DNA of 48,926 nucleotides, the filler included, from Catajapyx aquilonaris (taxonomy: Eukaryota): NCBI GenBank assembly GCA_000934665.2. It is 3 parts of 3 records of this genome, joined end to end, with 100 filler letters (N's around TTAATTAATTAA, not from the genome) between each part and the next. Parts side by side here need not be neighbours in the genome. Positions count along the whole stretch, not along the records: positions 1 to 16,254 come from JYFJ02007248.1; 2 more parts are not named here. One strand, 5' to 3'. The position numbers and the translations under genes were made by a program. Shown here one piece after another: positions 1 to 10,906 of this stretch (the stretch's first letter is position 1; each line of letters opens with the position of its first letter). The notes beneath the pieces were generated by a model, which was not told where the DNA came from, searched no databases, and was given only the letters and a program-made list of their open reading frames with translations.

Positions 1-206
1 ATGGTAATGCTTTAACTTTCATTCTGAATCAGTTTTAACAAAGTCTTGAAATATTCTTGCAATACCATACTGCAGGATGTTCCTGGCCCAATCACTGCAC
101 TGGTGGGAATAGACTCTTATTTTATTCCAACTCCAACGCCTACCAATAGAAATCAGTACCTCTCCCGCTCACGGTACGCCAAAGTTCCGGTTGGCTGTCG
201 CACTGG

Positions 207-2229
207 TAGTCCGGTCACTGAGTAGTGCAAGTTCAACAAAATTCTTTCAAAAGGTTTCTCAACGGATTTCATCACTTTAATACCTCCACTTAACAAAATA
301 AAAAGTCTACCGAAATCTGACTTGTGGAAGTACCTGAAAATGGAATATGTCAAATCCAAGTAATGACTGCCAAGAACGCCCTTAGTAAAAAAAAAGAAGT
401 TACGAACCGTACTGCTGAATATAGCGTGTAGTATATCGATTTGTATGTTTACGAGGGAGAGGAAACCAAATGTGCATCTAAAAATGCGATTTGACCTCAT
501 CTGACGTCACAAAATGGCCGCCAAAAAACCGCTCCATGGAGAAAACACTTATTAATGTTATATTGGTTATTTATGGAATATGCATTAAACGTGTTTAATT
601 GTTTCGACGTATACAGCTGTTGATAATCTTACAAATACTTGGTGAGTGCTGCCACCATGGCCAAAGACCACGTCATATGCTAATATTTGCCAGCTATATA
701 AGCGTATTGCGTTTGTTAAAAAAACAATACCCGAATTCTCACATTGTGTTTGATGGCTATGGCAGTGGCCCTTCTACCAAAGATGAGACTCATCAAAGGA
801 GAGGTGGTAGTGAGGTGGGAGTGAATGTGGATTTCACTCCAGATATGTTGCTCAAAATGAAGAAGAAGCAATTTATGGCAAACACTAGCAACAAGCAGAA
901 ATTCCTTCATCTCCTATAGGATCCGAGATCATGCAGCATGAAGGCATGAAGTCACTCACTCATCTGGTGATGCTGATTATGATATTGCAATGACTGCTTG
1001 CACAACAGCTCTGACACAGCCTGTAGTAGTTGTAGGGGATGACACGGACTTTCTTATTCTGCTACAACACCACTTATCGGTCAGAAACCATGAGACCATC
1101 TAGCTCCAAACTAGCACAAAGCTTATAGATATATCCATCCTGAAAAGGGAACTTGATCCTGACCTCAGTCGCTCCCTACTCTTTATACATGCTCTGTCCG
1201 GATGTGATACAACATCGAGACCATATGGCATAGGAAAACTTTCAGCTCTGAATAAATACGATGTTCTCAAGGAATTCGCTGAATTGTTCATGATGGCGGA
1301 AGTTAAGCGTGAGGAAATTGAGATATCCGGTAATAAGGCCATTGCAACCATATACGGTTGCAAGGATGGTTCAGATTTGAATCGTGAACGTGGTTCTAAG
1401 TTCACCGAACGGTCAGTGTAAAGGGATAACATGCACAAATGGGCAAATTCACGATTCCAGTTACACCACTGACCACTAGTATGATGAATTTGTACAAATG
1501 TGATGATGCACAGATACATGGGAGTATCGTTCAAAACTTCATTGAATTTTAAACTGTATCAAAACAATTATATGATTATGTTTTTCAGTTTCATTTATAT
1601 TAAAATACTTGTTCAGTGAAAGAGATTTCTAACTACTTTATACGACAGTTATTTTATTCGATGTGAAAATAATCCATATCTGGTCCATTCTTCGTTTCTG
1701 ATATCATTCTTCCACAGATTAGTCACCGACCATACTCTATGTCATTAAGTGCCAACTGGAATACATCGGCTGGTGTACTGTCCAAGTTTCTAGGTCAAGA
1801 GGAGCTTAGGTGAAGCACATGAGGTCAAATAACATTTTAAGTTGCATATTCCATAAATAACCAATATGACATTAATAAGTGTTTTCTCCATGGAGCGGTT
1901 TTTTGGCGGCCATTTTGTGACATCAGATGAGGTCAAATCGCATTTTAAGATGCACATTTGGTTTCCTCTCCCTCGTAAACATACAAATCGATATACTACA
2001 CCCTATATTCAGCAGTACGGTTCGTAACTAATTTTTTTTACTAAGGGCGTTCTTGGCAGTCATTACTTGGATTTGACATATTCCATTTTCAGGTACTTCC
2101 ACAAGTCAGATTTAGGTAGACTTTTTATTTTGTTTAGTGGAGGTATTAAAGTGGTGAAATCCGTTGAGAAACCTTTTGAAAGAATTTTGTTGAACCTGCA
2201 TAGGATATTTCTGTTTAATGACCGGACTA
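207..2229 (+). mobile_element. Academ-type DNA transposon, internally deleted, non-autonomous, long TIRs
   Basis: Termini TAGTCCGGTCA (207-217) and TGACCGGACTA (2219-2229). Near-identical inverted repeats of ~360 bp at 226-584 and 1843-2200. The interior carries a broken XPG/FEN1-like nuclease reading frame and a Cys-rich tail. Flanks TGG/TTG may be a decayed 3-bp TSD. Confidence 0.8.
599..1479 (+). pseudogene. Degenerate Academ transposase C-terminal part (XPG/FEN1-like PIN nuclease with H3TH motif, plus Cys tail)
   Basis: IVFDGY..STKDETHQRR..FMANTSNKQKF in ORF 599-919. After a frameshift, from 963: SGDADYDIA..VVVVGDDTDFLILL, in-frame TAG at 1101, LLFIHALSGCDTTSRPYGIGK. GQCKGITCTN lies in a third frame (1411-1479). 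Confidence 0.8.
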
Positions 2230-2834
2230 TTGCCTTTGCAGCCATGGTAAAAGTAAGTAACATTAACTTAATAATTTGATAGCAAATATTACAAACTTCT
2301 TTAGGCCAAGTTACAAAACAGCATGGGGAATGCCATGCAAGCGACAACTCAATATTGCAGAATTTCAACATGAACCACTCTGCTTCTCAGCCACTCTTTA
2401 TGCCACAGCAAGGAGTAGAGTCGAAACAGACGGACAACGTGATTAATGTTTCTGAAAACCTTTTCTGGGGCCAGATGCTAAAGCAAGTGCAAGAAAATGC
2501 AATACGAGTTACTTTTGTGCAAGTGCAACTGTCATTATAACTGTAAAAACTTACATACCAAGTGACCCTGCAGCTTGGCCTTGGCCTCCAGGGAGGTAAG
2601 AAGGCTGTGATAATGCAGTGCACATGGTCTTTACATGTAACAAAACTTGTTGCACGCAACTTATTTTCTCCCAGAGGTGGGATTTAGAGGTTGCTTTTAA
2701 TATATATTTTTTGTATCCAATGTAGGTTGGTTGTTCATCAGCCGGAAAGGCAGTCCACATGACGCCATTTAGAAATTATGAAACTGGGAGTGGGACCACA
2801 ACTCTAGTTAAGGAAAACAGCCACAAATTGCAGA

Positions 2835-3048
2835 ATGGATTTGTTACTGAGTGGTACTGTCCTCCTAGTGGGAGAAGGAAACTTCTCCTTTGCTGTGTGG
2901 CTTTGGAAGAAGGCTCAAGCCAACCTCCACCATGAAAGAAACTCTCAGACACCAGGCATTACTCATATTTGTGCCTCATGCTTGGAGCCTAGAGAGAATC
3001 GCTTCTCGGATCAAGCTAAGGCCAATCTGAAGTTCTTGAGGGAGCAAG
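2835..3048 (+). CDS. FDXACB1: Ferredoxin-fold anticodon-binding domain-containing protein 1, coding exon 1
   Basis: MDLLLSGTVLLVGEGNFSFA is the SAM-binding motif of the DUF2431/BMT5 family. Donor AAG|GTATGT at 3048/3049, phase 1. Confidence 0.9.
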
Positions 3049-3242
3049 GTATGTGATTCAATTGTAAGAAATCATCTTTAGAAACAATCTCTGGTAATGG
3101 GCAGCGCCAGATTAGCAGCTGCCCTGAGGCAATTGAGATCCCCCTACACCCCCCCCCCCCCTCTCCTTCATTCATTCATTCATTTCATTTCATTTCAAAA
3201 TTTTATATTGCAACTTATCACCACCCTTAGGAAATTGTCTTT

Positions 3243-3346
3243 TCTGCCTAATGCAAATTTCTGCCTAATGCAAATGCCAATGCCAAATGCCAATGCCTAA
3301 TGCCTAATGCCAATGCCTAATGCCAAATTCTGCCTAATGCAAATTT
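3243..3346. repeat. Short tandem repeat (TGCCTAA/TGCCAA units) in FDXACB1 intron 1
   Basis: Run of degenerate 6-7 bp units tgcctaatgccaatgcctaa... Confidence 0.75.
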
Positions 3347-3558
3347 GGTGCTGGTAACAGGCATATAACGGAAAATGCCATGTCTGGGGCACTTGAAACT
3401 AAAATCTGTGACAAGGGGGGCATTCTTTTGAGATAAGTAAAGGTGGGACATTGGTCACCTAGTTGGCTTTAATGTAAGAGTTATGCCTTACCACTTGTGA
3501 GGAGCAGTGCTTTTCGTAACCTTTTCTACGACTTTCTCGTATATTAAAAAAAGAATAC

Positions 3559-3710
3559 AGGTGTGTTCCCAAGCTACAAGAAATGGCCACAGTGAAAGCA
3601 TGAGTGAGAATCAGAAGCCAATCCTTGAACCCCATTGGCTTATTGCTCACACTGAAAGGTCTCGAATTTGCTAAAAAATTCTCCATTTTGTGAGCTTGGG
3701 AACATAGCCT
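3559..3710. mobile_element. PIF/Harbinger-like MITE, CpG-decayed copy in FDXACB1 intron 1
   Basis: Ends AGGTGTGTTCCCAAGCT...AGCTTGGGAACATAGCCT. Aligns with the copy at 46698-46827. Confidence 0.7.
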
Positions 3711-3911
3711 TAGCGGCATATTAGTTCAGGAATGTTATCATTAATTATGCCTGTGCTGGATTATATGGTACTGTACATGTTTCCTGGGATGTGATGTTAA
3801 ATGATACCAGCTCATATCCTAATTTTGACTGGGATATGTTTTCATTTTGGAAGGAATTGGTGTATGTGATGTTCCATGACATCTGTTTATAATCTGTATT
3901 TTTTCCACCAG

Positions 3912-4521
3912 ATGGGGTTGAAATTATACTTGGATTGGACGGTGAATGCCTTCACTTGGAACCCCGCATAAAAACCCTGTTGCCAGACTTCATCATATTT
4001 AACTTTCCTCATGTTGGCGGTAAAATGCGAATGGACTTGAATCGTCAGTTGCTGTCTAATTTCTTCCAGAGCTGTTCCCAGTTGTGTGGGGCCAGAGTTT
4101 TGGTATCTTTGTGCAGAGGCCAGGGTGGTACTCCAGCAGAGGTTGTCCCTAGGGTAGCTGCTGGTGATACTTGGAAACCAGTTGAGCTAGCAGCGGACTC
4201 TGGATACCTCCTGGAAGATGTGTTTAAATTTCCAGTTGAGGCTTGTCAAGAGGACTATACTCCTGGAGGATACAGAGGACAGGAAGGGAGACCTTTTTGG
4301 ATACAAGATGCACTGGTGCATGTGTTCCGAAGAGCTAGTGGAGATGCCACTGAGGTTCTGAAGGGTATCAATATGGAGCCAAAAGTATCAGTGGAAGCCA
4401 GGATTAGTCAAATGCCAATTGGGTCACCAGTTGAACTTGAGATGACCAGATTGTTGCAGAAATTGCAGGACTTGGGTGTTCATCTCATTGGCATGGAAGA
4501 GAATTCAGAGTACTTGCCCAG
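3912..4521 (+). CDS. FDXACB1: FDXACB1 coding exon 2
   Basis: Acceptor TTTTCCACCAG at 3911, phase-compatible with exon 1 (G+AT=Asp). Motifs IIFNFPHVGGK..LNRQLLSNFFQSC, VSLCRGQGGTP, YTPGGYR. Donor CAG|GTATGC at 4521/4522, phase 2. Confidence 0.92.
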
Positions 4522-4550
4522 GTATGCATACTGGTTTTTGTTACAACTGG

Positions 4551-4891
4551 TAGGGTGTTAATGAATTCAACTGACAAACTTCTAGGGGTAATAGAGGGGA
4601 CCAAGACAAGCATATTTCATATAGAAACCCGTGTCTGGAAACGCCATCTAGAAGGGGTCAATAGAAAAGGAATGGGTGTGCTCAGACGTGTCAGGCGGGA
4701 GGCGAGCGGACTGATTTAATTCAATTATTTATCTAAATTATTGAATTAAATCAGTTTGCTCGCCTCCCATCTGAGTGCACCCATTCCTTGTCTATTGACC
4801 CCCTCTAGATGCGTTTCCGGACACGGGTTCCTTTGTCTTGGTCTCCTCTATTACTCCTAGAAGTTTGTTGGTTGAATTCTTTAACACCCTG
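4551..4891. mobile_element. Tc1/mariner-type fold-back MITE in FDXACB1 intron 2
   Basis: AGGGTGTTAA...TTAACACCCTG|TA. The two halves are reverse complements over almost the whole length, centre about 4732. Confidence 0.8.
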
Positions 4892-4955
4892 TATTTGTAT
4901 ATTTGATGCTATTTGGTGACAGTGAAAAAGTTAACTGTGTTCAATATTGTTTCAG

Positions 4956-5529
4956 GCTGGACATTTCCAAACTTGTTGAGTCTACATTAGATCCAGTGGC
5001 ATCTGGTGGTGTGACTGTAGATTATGTAGATGAATCTAATCAGTGGTGTCCTTGTTGTCAGGTGGTGGCCATCTCAAAAAAAAATCCAGATGGATTAAGA
5101 ACAGCATTGGCAGCATATGCAACTGTACTGATGAAGTCATCAGGAACATTTATTGTTGACATTTGTGATACTATTGTTAAAAGGAAACTCTCAGGGATAT
5201 ATGACCCACGTCAGATGTGGCTTCCATTTACCTCAATGTATCCTGAGACTTTGAGTCATGACCTCAGCTTCTGGGAGCCTGATGTCATCAATAATTTTAC
5301 ATCATTAGAGCAACTTGAGTTACGTCTGAACTCTGCACTTAATTGGGATCTCCTAGCCATGCCCCCCGTTCTGGTTGATACTTACGTCTCGAAATCTGGT
5401 CGTAAAAGTCGATGCTATCGATTTTCGTATTGCTCCTTCCGTTTCCCACTTTCAATAAGAACTTCATTTTTGGTACACCAGCAAATAGGGCACATGCTTG
5501 AGACTGTATTTGGTGTTACTATGCGGTGA
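4956..5529 (+). CDS. FDXACB1: FDXACB1 coding exon 3 (FDX-ACB domain, stop codon)
   Basis: Acceptor TTTCAG at 4955, phase-compatible (AG+G=Arg). SMYP..SHDLSFW...LVDTY..SGRKSRCYRFSY...FGVTMR* matches the FDX-ACB fold. Spliced CDS 214+610+574=1398 nt, 465 aa. Confidence 0.9.
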
Positions 5530-5698
5530 CCTATGAAAGTTTAGCAGGAAAATGATTTTGCATAAATGAGAACCACTTGATAATGTAAAGTAAAACTCCG
5601 ACCCTAGCATGAAGGATAGGGATTTCAGTGTTTGGGGGAAGAGTACAATGAAATGTGGAGAATGGGGTACCGAGAATGGGTATTACAAAGCTATTTAA

Positions 5699-6175
5699 CC
5701 CTTTGATTCCTACGGACATCATATGATGTCCTGCTGGTTTTTGAACTGGGAGCGCCAGAGTTTACACAAAAATGGCGCAGTTTGAGGCTCAAACTGCTCC
5801 TGCCACCTCTCGGAAGGGGGCTCAACTACCATGGCGTGTGCTAATCAGTGTTTTCCCCTCCCGCCTGAAAGTTTTTGACAACATATGCTGCGTCTGGACT
5901 CATAGGAATATATTTCTCAAAGTACAGTGTTTTAGTAGTATTATGTAACCATAGTAACAATTTTATAGTGACTTTAAAATTTAAAACAAATTTAATTCTG
6001 TTTAAAAAAATTTTCTGGAACACCCTGTAGATGAATTTTTTCTGCATTTTACATTCAAAAGGACCACCACGAGTTGAAATTATAAATATTGGAGCATGTT
6101 GTTTTTCATTAATATTACTCCTACTAGAATTTTTTCTCTGACTAAAATGGCCAAAAAAACTCAGGCGTGAAAGGG
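5699..6175. mobile_element. piggyBac-like non-autonomous element
   Basis: TTAA|CCCTTTGATTCCT ... AGGCGTGAAAGGG|TTAA: TTAA on both sides and imperfect CCC-starting TIRs. Confidence 0.65.
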
Positions 6176-6938
6176 TTAAGTCCCTGTCATATGAACTCAA
6201 TGTATCCCTTGCGGCACCAACCCAATAAAGTAACGTTATGTGCGGGAAATGTGGTTTAACTCCCTCTTTACTCAGGGAAATGCCTTACCAGAGCTCAAAT
6301 GCCACTGATCTTCATTTCATTGCTCATGCACAAAGCAGTTTGTAGTACACAGGTGCCTACCCATCATTGAACTACAATTACACTACAATTACACTACAAA
6401 GATAAACAAACAATTGATAATTAGATAGATAGATAAAATAATACACAGTATAGATGTTTATTATCCCTGAGCACCTTACGGTATATACAGTACTGTACAA
6501 GGAGACTTCCCTTACATGCATTTCACTTTTCACCATTATCTGTAATTTTCTTACAGTAGTTTGCTGTTGTAGTGTTGTTTACAGTTCAATGTTACAGAAC
6601 TTAAGAGGGCCGGGTCATTACTTTTCCCGCCACTTTTTAGGCAGCAACGAGCCAAAATTGGGTGCGCTGACTCGTCTTCGTTCGACGAATCCTGGTGCGC
6701 TGTTAGAGATACGGACACGCGGTTTTTTGCATCGTCTGGAGAAAGAGCTGGCGCTTGTTCTGGTCGTGGAACGGTTCTAATCGGCCAATAAGTAATCGAT
6801 CGTCGATGGGAAAGGCGTTTGGGAATTAACGACACAGGGGAGTCGCAACGGAGCCGGCCATTTGAATTTGGCGACCCCCACTGCTAGTGCAAAAAACGAA
6901 TACATTGATGTATTGCCTGTATCGGCATAGAGGTAAAC

Positions 6939-6963
6939 TGTGTGTGTGTGTGTGTGTGTGTGT
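6939..6963. repeat. (TG)n microsatellite
   Basis: Direct inspection. Confidence 0.95.
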
Positions 6964-8556
6964 CTTATTCGGTGGGAGTTCGGGAATACCTGCAAGAACA
7001 TTTTTACGGATAGTAGGGAAAAAAAAGTAGCAGTCGTAAATTAAGCGATGCAAAGTCCAGTTATTTCTGCTGTTGCAGAGTGTACAACCAGAGTCAAGTG
7101 GAAATCGGAATTTGTAATTCTTAACATAGAATGAGAAGAGAAGGATAAGTTTCTAAGATTACATACTAATCGGACAAGCGGTAGTGCACGTTCCCCACCC
7201 ACTTTGGCCAGAGATACCTCGTAATTAACTAGCCCTGGGCATCGGAAGACTGTCGAAAACACATCTAAAATAAGGTGGGAGGGCCCGATCGGTCTCGGAC
7301 CTATTTCGCCGCCAAATTGACTTCTGGTGAGTCGAAAACCCGCTAGGGGGCTCTGAACATGAAAGTGGCCAACGATACTATCGGATATCTTTCTGATGCA
7401 CAGACAACCAGCGTTGCCAACCTGTACGGTAATTGCGGGGGCATACGGTATTTACTCCTTTGTACGGTTTACGGTAAAATCGCTTTTGTCTACTTTAAAA
7501 AATATAATAAAATAATCCGACGTGCTTACAGTATATGCGGATTCCACAGGGATTCCATCATGTACTCTGTCAGATACATTCAGCTACGCTTGTGCGACAC
7601 TGAACAAATAAAATTAAAAAAAAACCGCCTGCGGCGGGCCTTTCCCTCCTTTGCTCGTTTTACATTTTGCAGCGGGTTGCACATGCATTTTGTGCAGTTC
7701 TGAAAATTCCTTGGACATATTCACGTGTATGTAATATTTTCCCATCATGTTTCATGTATAGGCTGCTACAAATTGGAAATTGCCATGTTTTAAACTGTAC
7801 GGTAATTTTAGGCGCAATACGTTAATTTTGACTCTAGTGGTACTGTAGCTGCTAAGGATCAGGTTGGCAACGCTGCAGACAACAGTGCAGTGTGCACTTT
7901 CTTGTGTCCCTGATTGTGTGCACCACACAGAGATCGCGAGCAGAAGGCATAATATCAACTTGCCTCCGTGGTTTTACCGGCGAAATCTGTCATACGTACC
8001 CACGCGTCATCTGTAAATACTGCATGGGTGGGTATGTATATATTCCCTTGCTGGATCCGCTGCTCTCGAGATCAGTGGCTGGATGGATCTCTGAACTACT
8101 GCCATCATTACTCTTCCATCGCTACTCCGGCTACTAAGCTGAATGCGTCCCTCCTTCGCGCCCTCTGCTTTCTGCCAGGCTCTGCCGCTGCCCACATTTC
8201 TCCCTTATCACGAATGCACTGGTCGGTAATCGTCACTCGTCATCTGTCGTCCGGTCCATCCGGTTTCAATTTTCAACGGACGCCGGACGGTTCTTGCTGC
8301 TTGGTGATCGTTGGTGCTCCTTTTTGGACTTGTACTAGTGGCCTTTTTGCAGTCTGGTTTGCTTTCACAGTGATTGGCCACGTATATAGTAGCCTACGTT
8401 GGTATTTGTTGCATGAGAAGTAAATGATTTAATACCATAGTTGTTCTGCTCGTGGCTGTGAGCTGGTGTTGTATTGTGTGCTGGCTGCTGCACAGACATT
8501 CACAATTAGTAGCTAGCTGTGTTTACCCCCAAATATAATAAATGGTTACTTTGCAG

Positions 8557-8787
8557 GAGGAAGGCATGGAGCCAACAGGAATGAATTCACAGTTTCCTCA
8601 TGCTGCTGACCCAGAAAGTGAACTTGAGCCAGTCACTGGGGGAAGAAACAGTGCCACAGATGCTGCTGGTCAGTTGCAGCAAGAGTGGTTGCAGGTGATG
8701 AAGATTGAGCTTGAAGATCCTGATAGTAACAAACAAAGCATCCATCAGGCAGTTGATGAATTACCGGAGCCAGGCCTGGAACTTATG
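8557..8787 (+). CDS. Probable internal coding exon of an unidentified protein (acidic linker with MKIE/ELED motif)
   Basis: Acceptor TACTTTGCAG (8556), consensus donor ATG|GTAAGT (8788). 231 nt open frame, phase 0-0, CpG-poor and coding-like. EWLQVMKIELEDPD resembles linker exons of arthropod zinc-finger/BTB factors. Confidence 0.5.
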
Positions 8788-8889
8788 GTAAGTGTATATT
8801 ACGTGCACCAAAATGGTCAGTTGGTGTTATTGCTACTATTCAATAATATATGCTATTGAGAGAGTCCACCTTTTCATTCAATTCATGTG

Positions 8890-9055
8890 CAGGTTGAGAA
8901 TCCTTTAACCGAAATGCTTGGGACCGGATGGGTTTCAGGATATTATAGGATTTTGGAATATTTGTATATGTCCATCTATAAAACAGGATAACTTATAAGA
9001 GGGTAAATACCTGAACGCAATATCCATATGCATATCTTACAAGCAGTTATACAGT
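8890..9055 (+). mobile_element. Tigger/pogo-like terminal fragment (Tigger4/MER46-like by recollection)
   Basis: CAGGTTGAGAATCCTTTAACCGAAATGCTTGGGACC...GGATTTTGGAATATTTG resembles the Tigger4/MER46 terminus. No second end found. Confidence 0.45.
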
Positions 9056-9839
9056 GCTGGACACATTAGCCATTTCTAAATTGTTTTTTCCCGTCGGCGA
9101 CGGCACACGTTACCTGGCAACCCTGGCCGGCGGGCCAATTCAAACATCAGAATATGGCGAGTGCTTAGTGTTCTTTCCATTGTTGCCACTGTTTACAAAG
9201 AGCAAGTGACGCGGACGACCCAGCGATGGGTCTCTGCCTGCTTACACAGTGGCAGGGATATGCAGGAAGAAATGGGAAAATAATGACGTTAGAAGCAAGC
9301 CACTTTGGGAAAATGTTTCCTGGACTCAAAGAAGGGTTTTCGTCCACGGCAAACGAAATTCCATCCCGTGGGGGTGACAGGAAGGACTTTGTTTAAAAAA
9401 CTGCAATTATTTTACTCCATTCATAAACGTCCATGGAGTACTGTTAAACAACATCCCAACCTAGCCTATGTTCGGTGTGTTTACCACATTCCATTCAACC
9501 ATTTCCCCCTCCTCTCTCCTTCCCCTGTTGTGAGGTCACGGGAAGACGTGGGTGGAGGATGGTGGAAGGTAGAGGGGTGTTAACAGGAGAGGTGATGCGT
9601 CCTCGTTGACGTCCAGCAAGCGACAGTGGCATTCTTCCTCCCACTGCACATGCTCGGAATGGGGGCCAATCGGAGGCGTCATGGTAACAATACGTCGCAG
9701 TAACAATGGACGGGGGCCAATAGGAAGCGGTGGCGGACCAATCAGAGGGCTCATACATGCAATGCAAGTATTTAAATATTATAGAAGTACATTACAGAAG
9801 ATCTGAACATGCCCATAGAGTTAGAGTTCGAAAAGCGTT

Positions 9840-9997
9840 TCTTGACCCTGAAAGTGGGGGTTTGATAAATAATGGCGACTGGTGAAAATTGACAGAACAG
9901 CTTGAGGGAGTTGAAATGTTACTTTTGCTTAACACGAATGTGGGTACTGTACCAAGAGAGTGCTTTAATATCTCGGCAATGTCAGGTATCCTGCTAG
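9840..9997 (+). mobile_element. Helitron-like 3' end fragment
   Basis: Ends TCGGCAATGTCAGGTATCCTGCTAG, a decayed version of the hairpin+CTAG end at 15836-15863 (-). Left boundary approximate. Confidence 0.45.
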
Positions 9998-10008
9998 AAT
10001 GCATTCTA

Positions 10009-10906
10009 CGAGGCCTGTAAATAAAATAGTGGCAACACATCTTTAGAAAATCAGTGAAATGTAGGAAGTTTTTTTAAAATAATAGGGTATAGGCGTACCC
10101 CTATTGGGGTCTTGCCGGAAATTTATTAATCGTCAGAATACAATTGGATCCTATTTATACAGCGCCCGGGCCCACGGGCAGGAAGGGATGACAGGAGGGG
10201 ATGTGCAAGTGCAGTGCCTTGTCCGCATGTGGTCGTTTTGTGAGCTTCCCTGGGTGGATTAGTCTGTGGATATTCCACCCGAGACGAAGTCAGAGACGAC
10301 ACTTTACTCTGCACGAGATGAAGGGGGTGTCCCCGGGTTGGGATCGAACCCGGGACCTTAACATCCGTGGGCGCGAACGTTACCGTTGCGCCACTCCGCC
10401 TCCCCGAAATGTAGGAAGTTTACACCACTTATGCCACAGATAGGTTGGGTCTTGATCTAACCTCAGGTCATAATGGGGTCGTCCCACATCGATATGCACA
10501 TGCACAGTAAAGAGTAAACGTGAGCTGTTGCGATCAACCGGTCTAAAGGTGATGTTTTCCAAATTTGACCAGAGGTGCTGGTTAAAAATTGAAAATTTGT
10601 CATGAAGGGCTTTTACAGGCTTGTGGGAAACATGCATTGTCATATAGAACTGTTGCAAGGTGGGCAAAAGCCTTGCTTCAGGGAAGTTAAAACGTGACAT
10701 ATGAGCCCCTTCCAAATGCAAGGGAGGAACAAGTGGCTGCTGTTTCCTCACTAATGGAGAACAATAGGAGATAGACAGTTAGTGAGTTAGCCAGTGAGAC
10801 AGGTTTGTCGAGTATGACTATCCTGAACATTCTCAAGAAATGTTTTGGTATGACTACAAGGGTAGAAGGGACATATTAAGACAGTTTCTCCCTTTATGAT
10901 GTCCTG
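10009..10906 (+). mobile_element. Degenerate mariner transposon interrupted by a SINE
   Basis: TA|CGAGG-type left end at 10009. From 10552, an N-terminal transposase remnant: MFSKFDQRCWLKIE / EGLLQACGKHALSYRTVARW...RR*TVSELASETGLSSMTILNILKKCFGM, with a frameshift and stops. Confidence 0.75.
10072..10405 (-). mobile_element. tRNA-derived SINE, family A, copy 1
   Basis: Head GGGGAGGCGGAGTGGCGCAACGGT...GGTTCGATCCC (Pol III A/B boxes), A-rich tail. Perfect 16-bp TSD GAAATGTAGGAAGTTT at 10056-10071 and 10406-10421. Confidence 0.9.

Noticed and set aside
153..500. Similar ORFs at 153-500 (-) and 2067-2279 (+) that look like duplicated genes
   Set aside because: They are chance frames in the two TIRs of the Academ element.
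6601..7358. TTAA|GAG...CTC|TGAA-bounded element (Sola3/Kolobok-like)
   Set aside because: No real TIR match beyond three bases. Probably a repeat, but boundaries and class are unsupported.
7968..8423. 151-aa ORF, and most other short ORFs in the track
   Set aside because: No recognisable motifs, splice context or coding-like composition; expected by chance.
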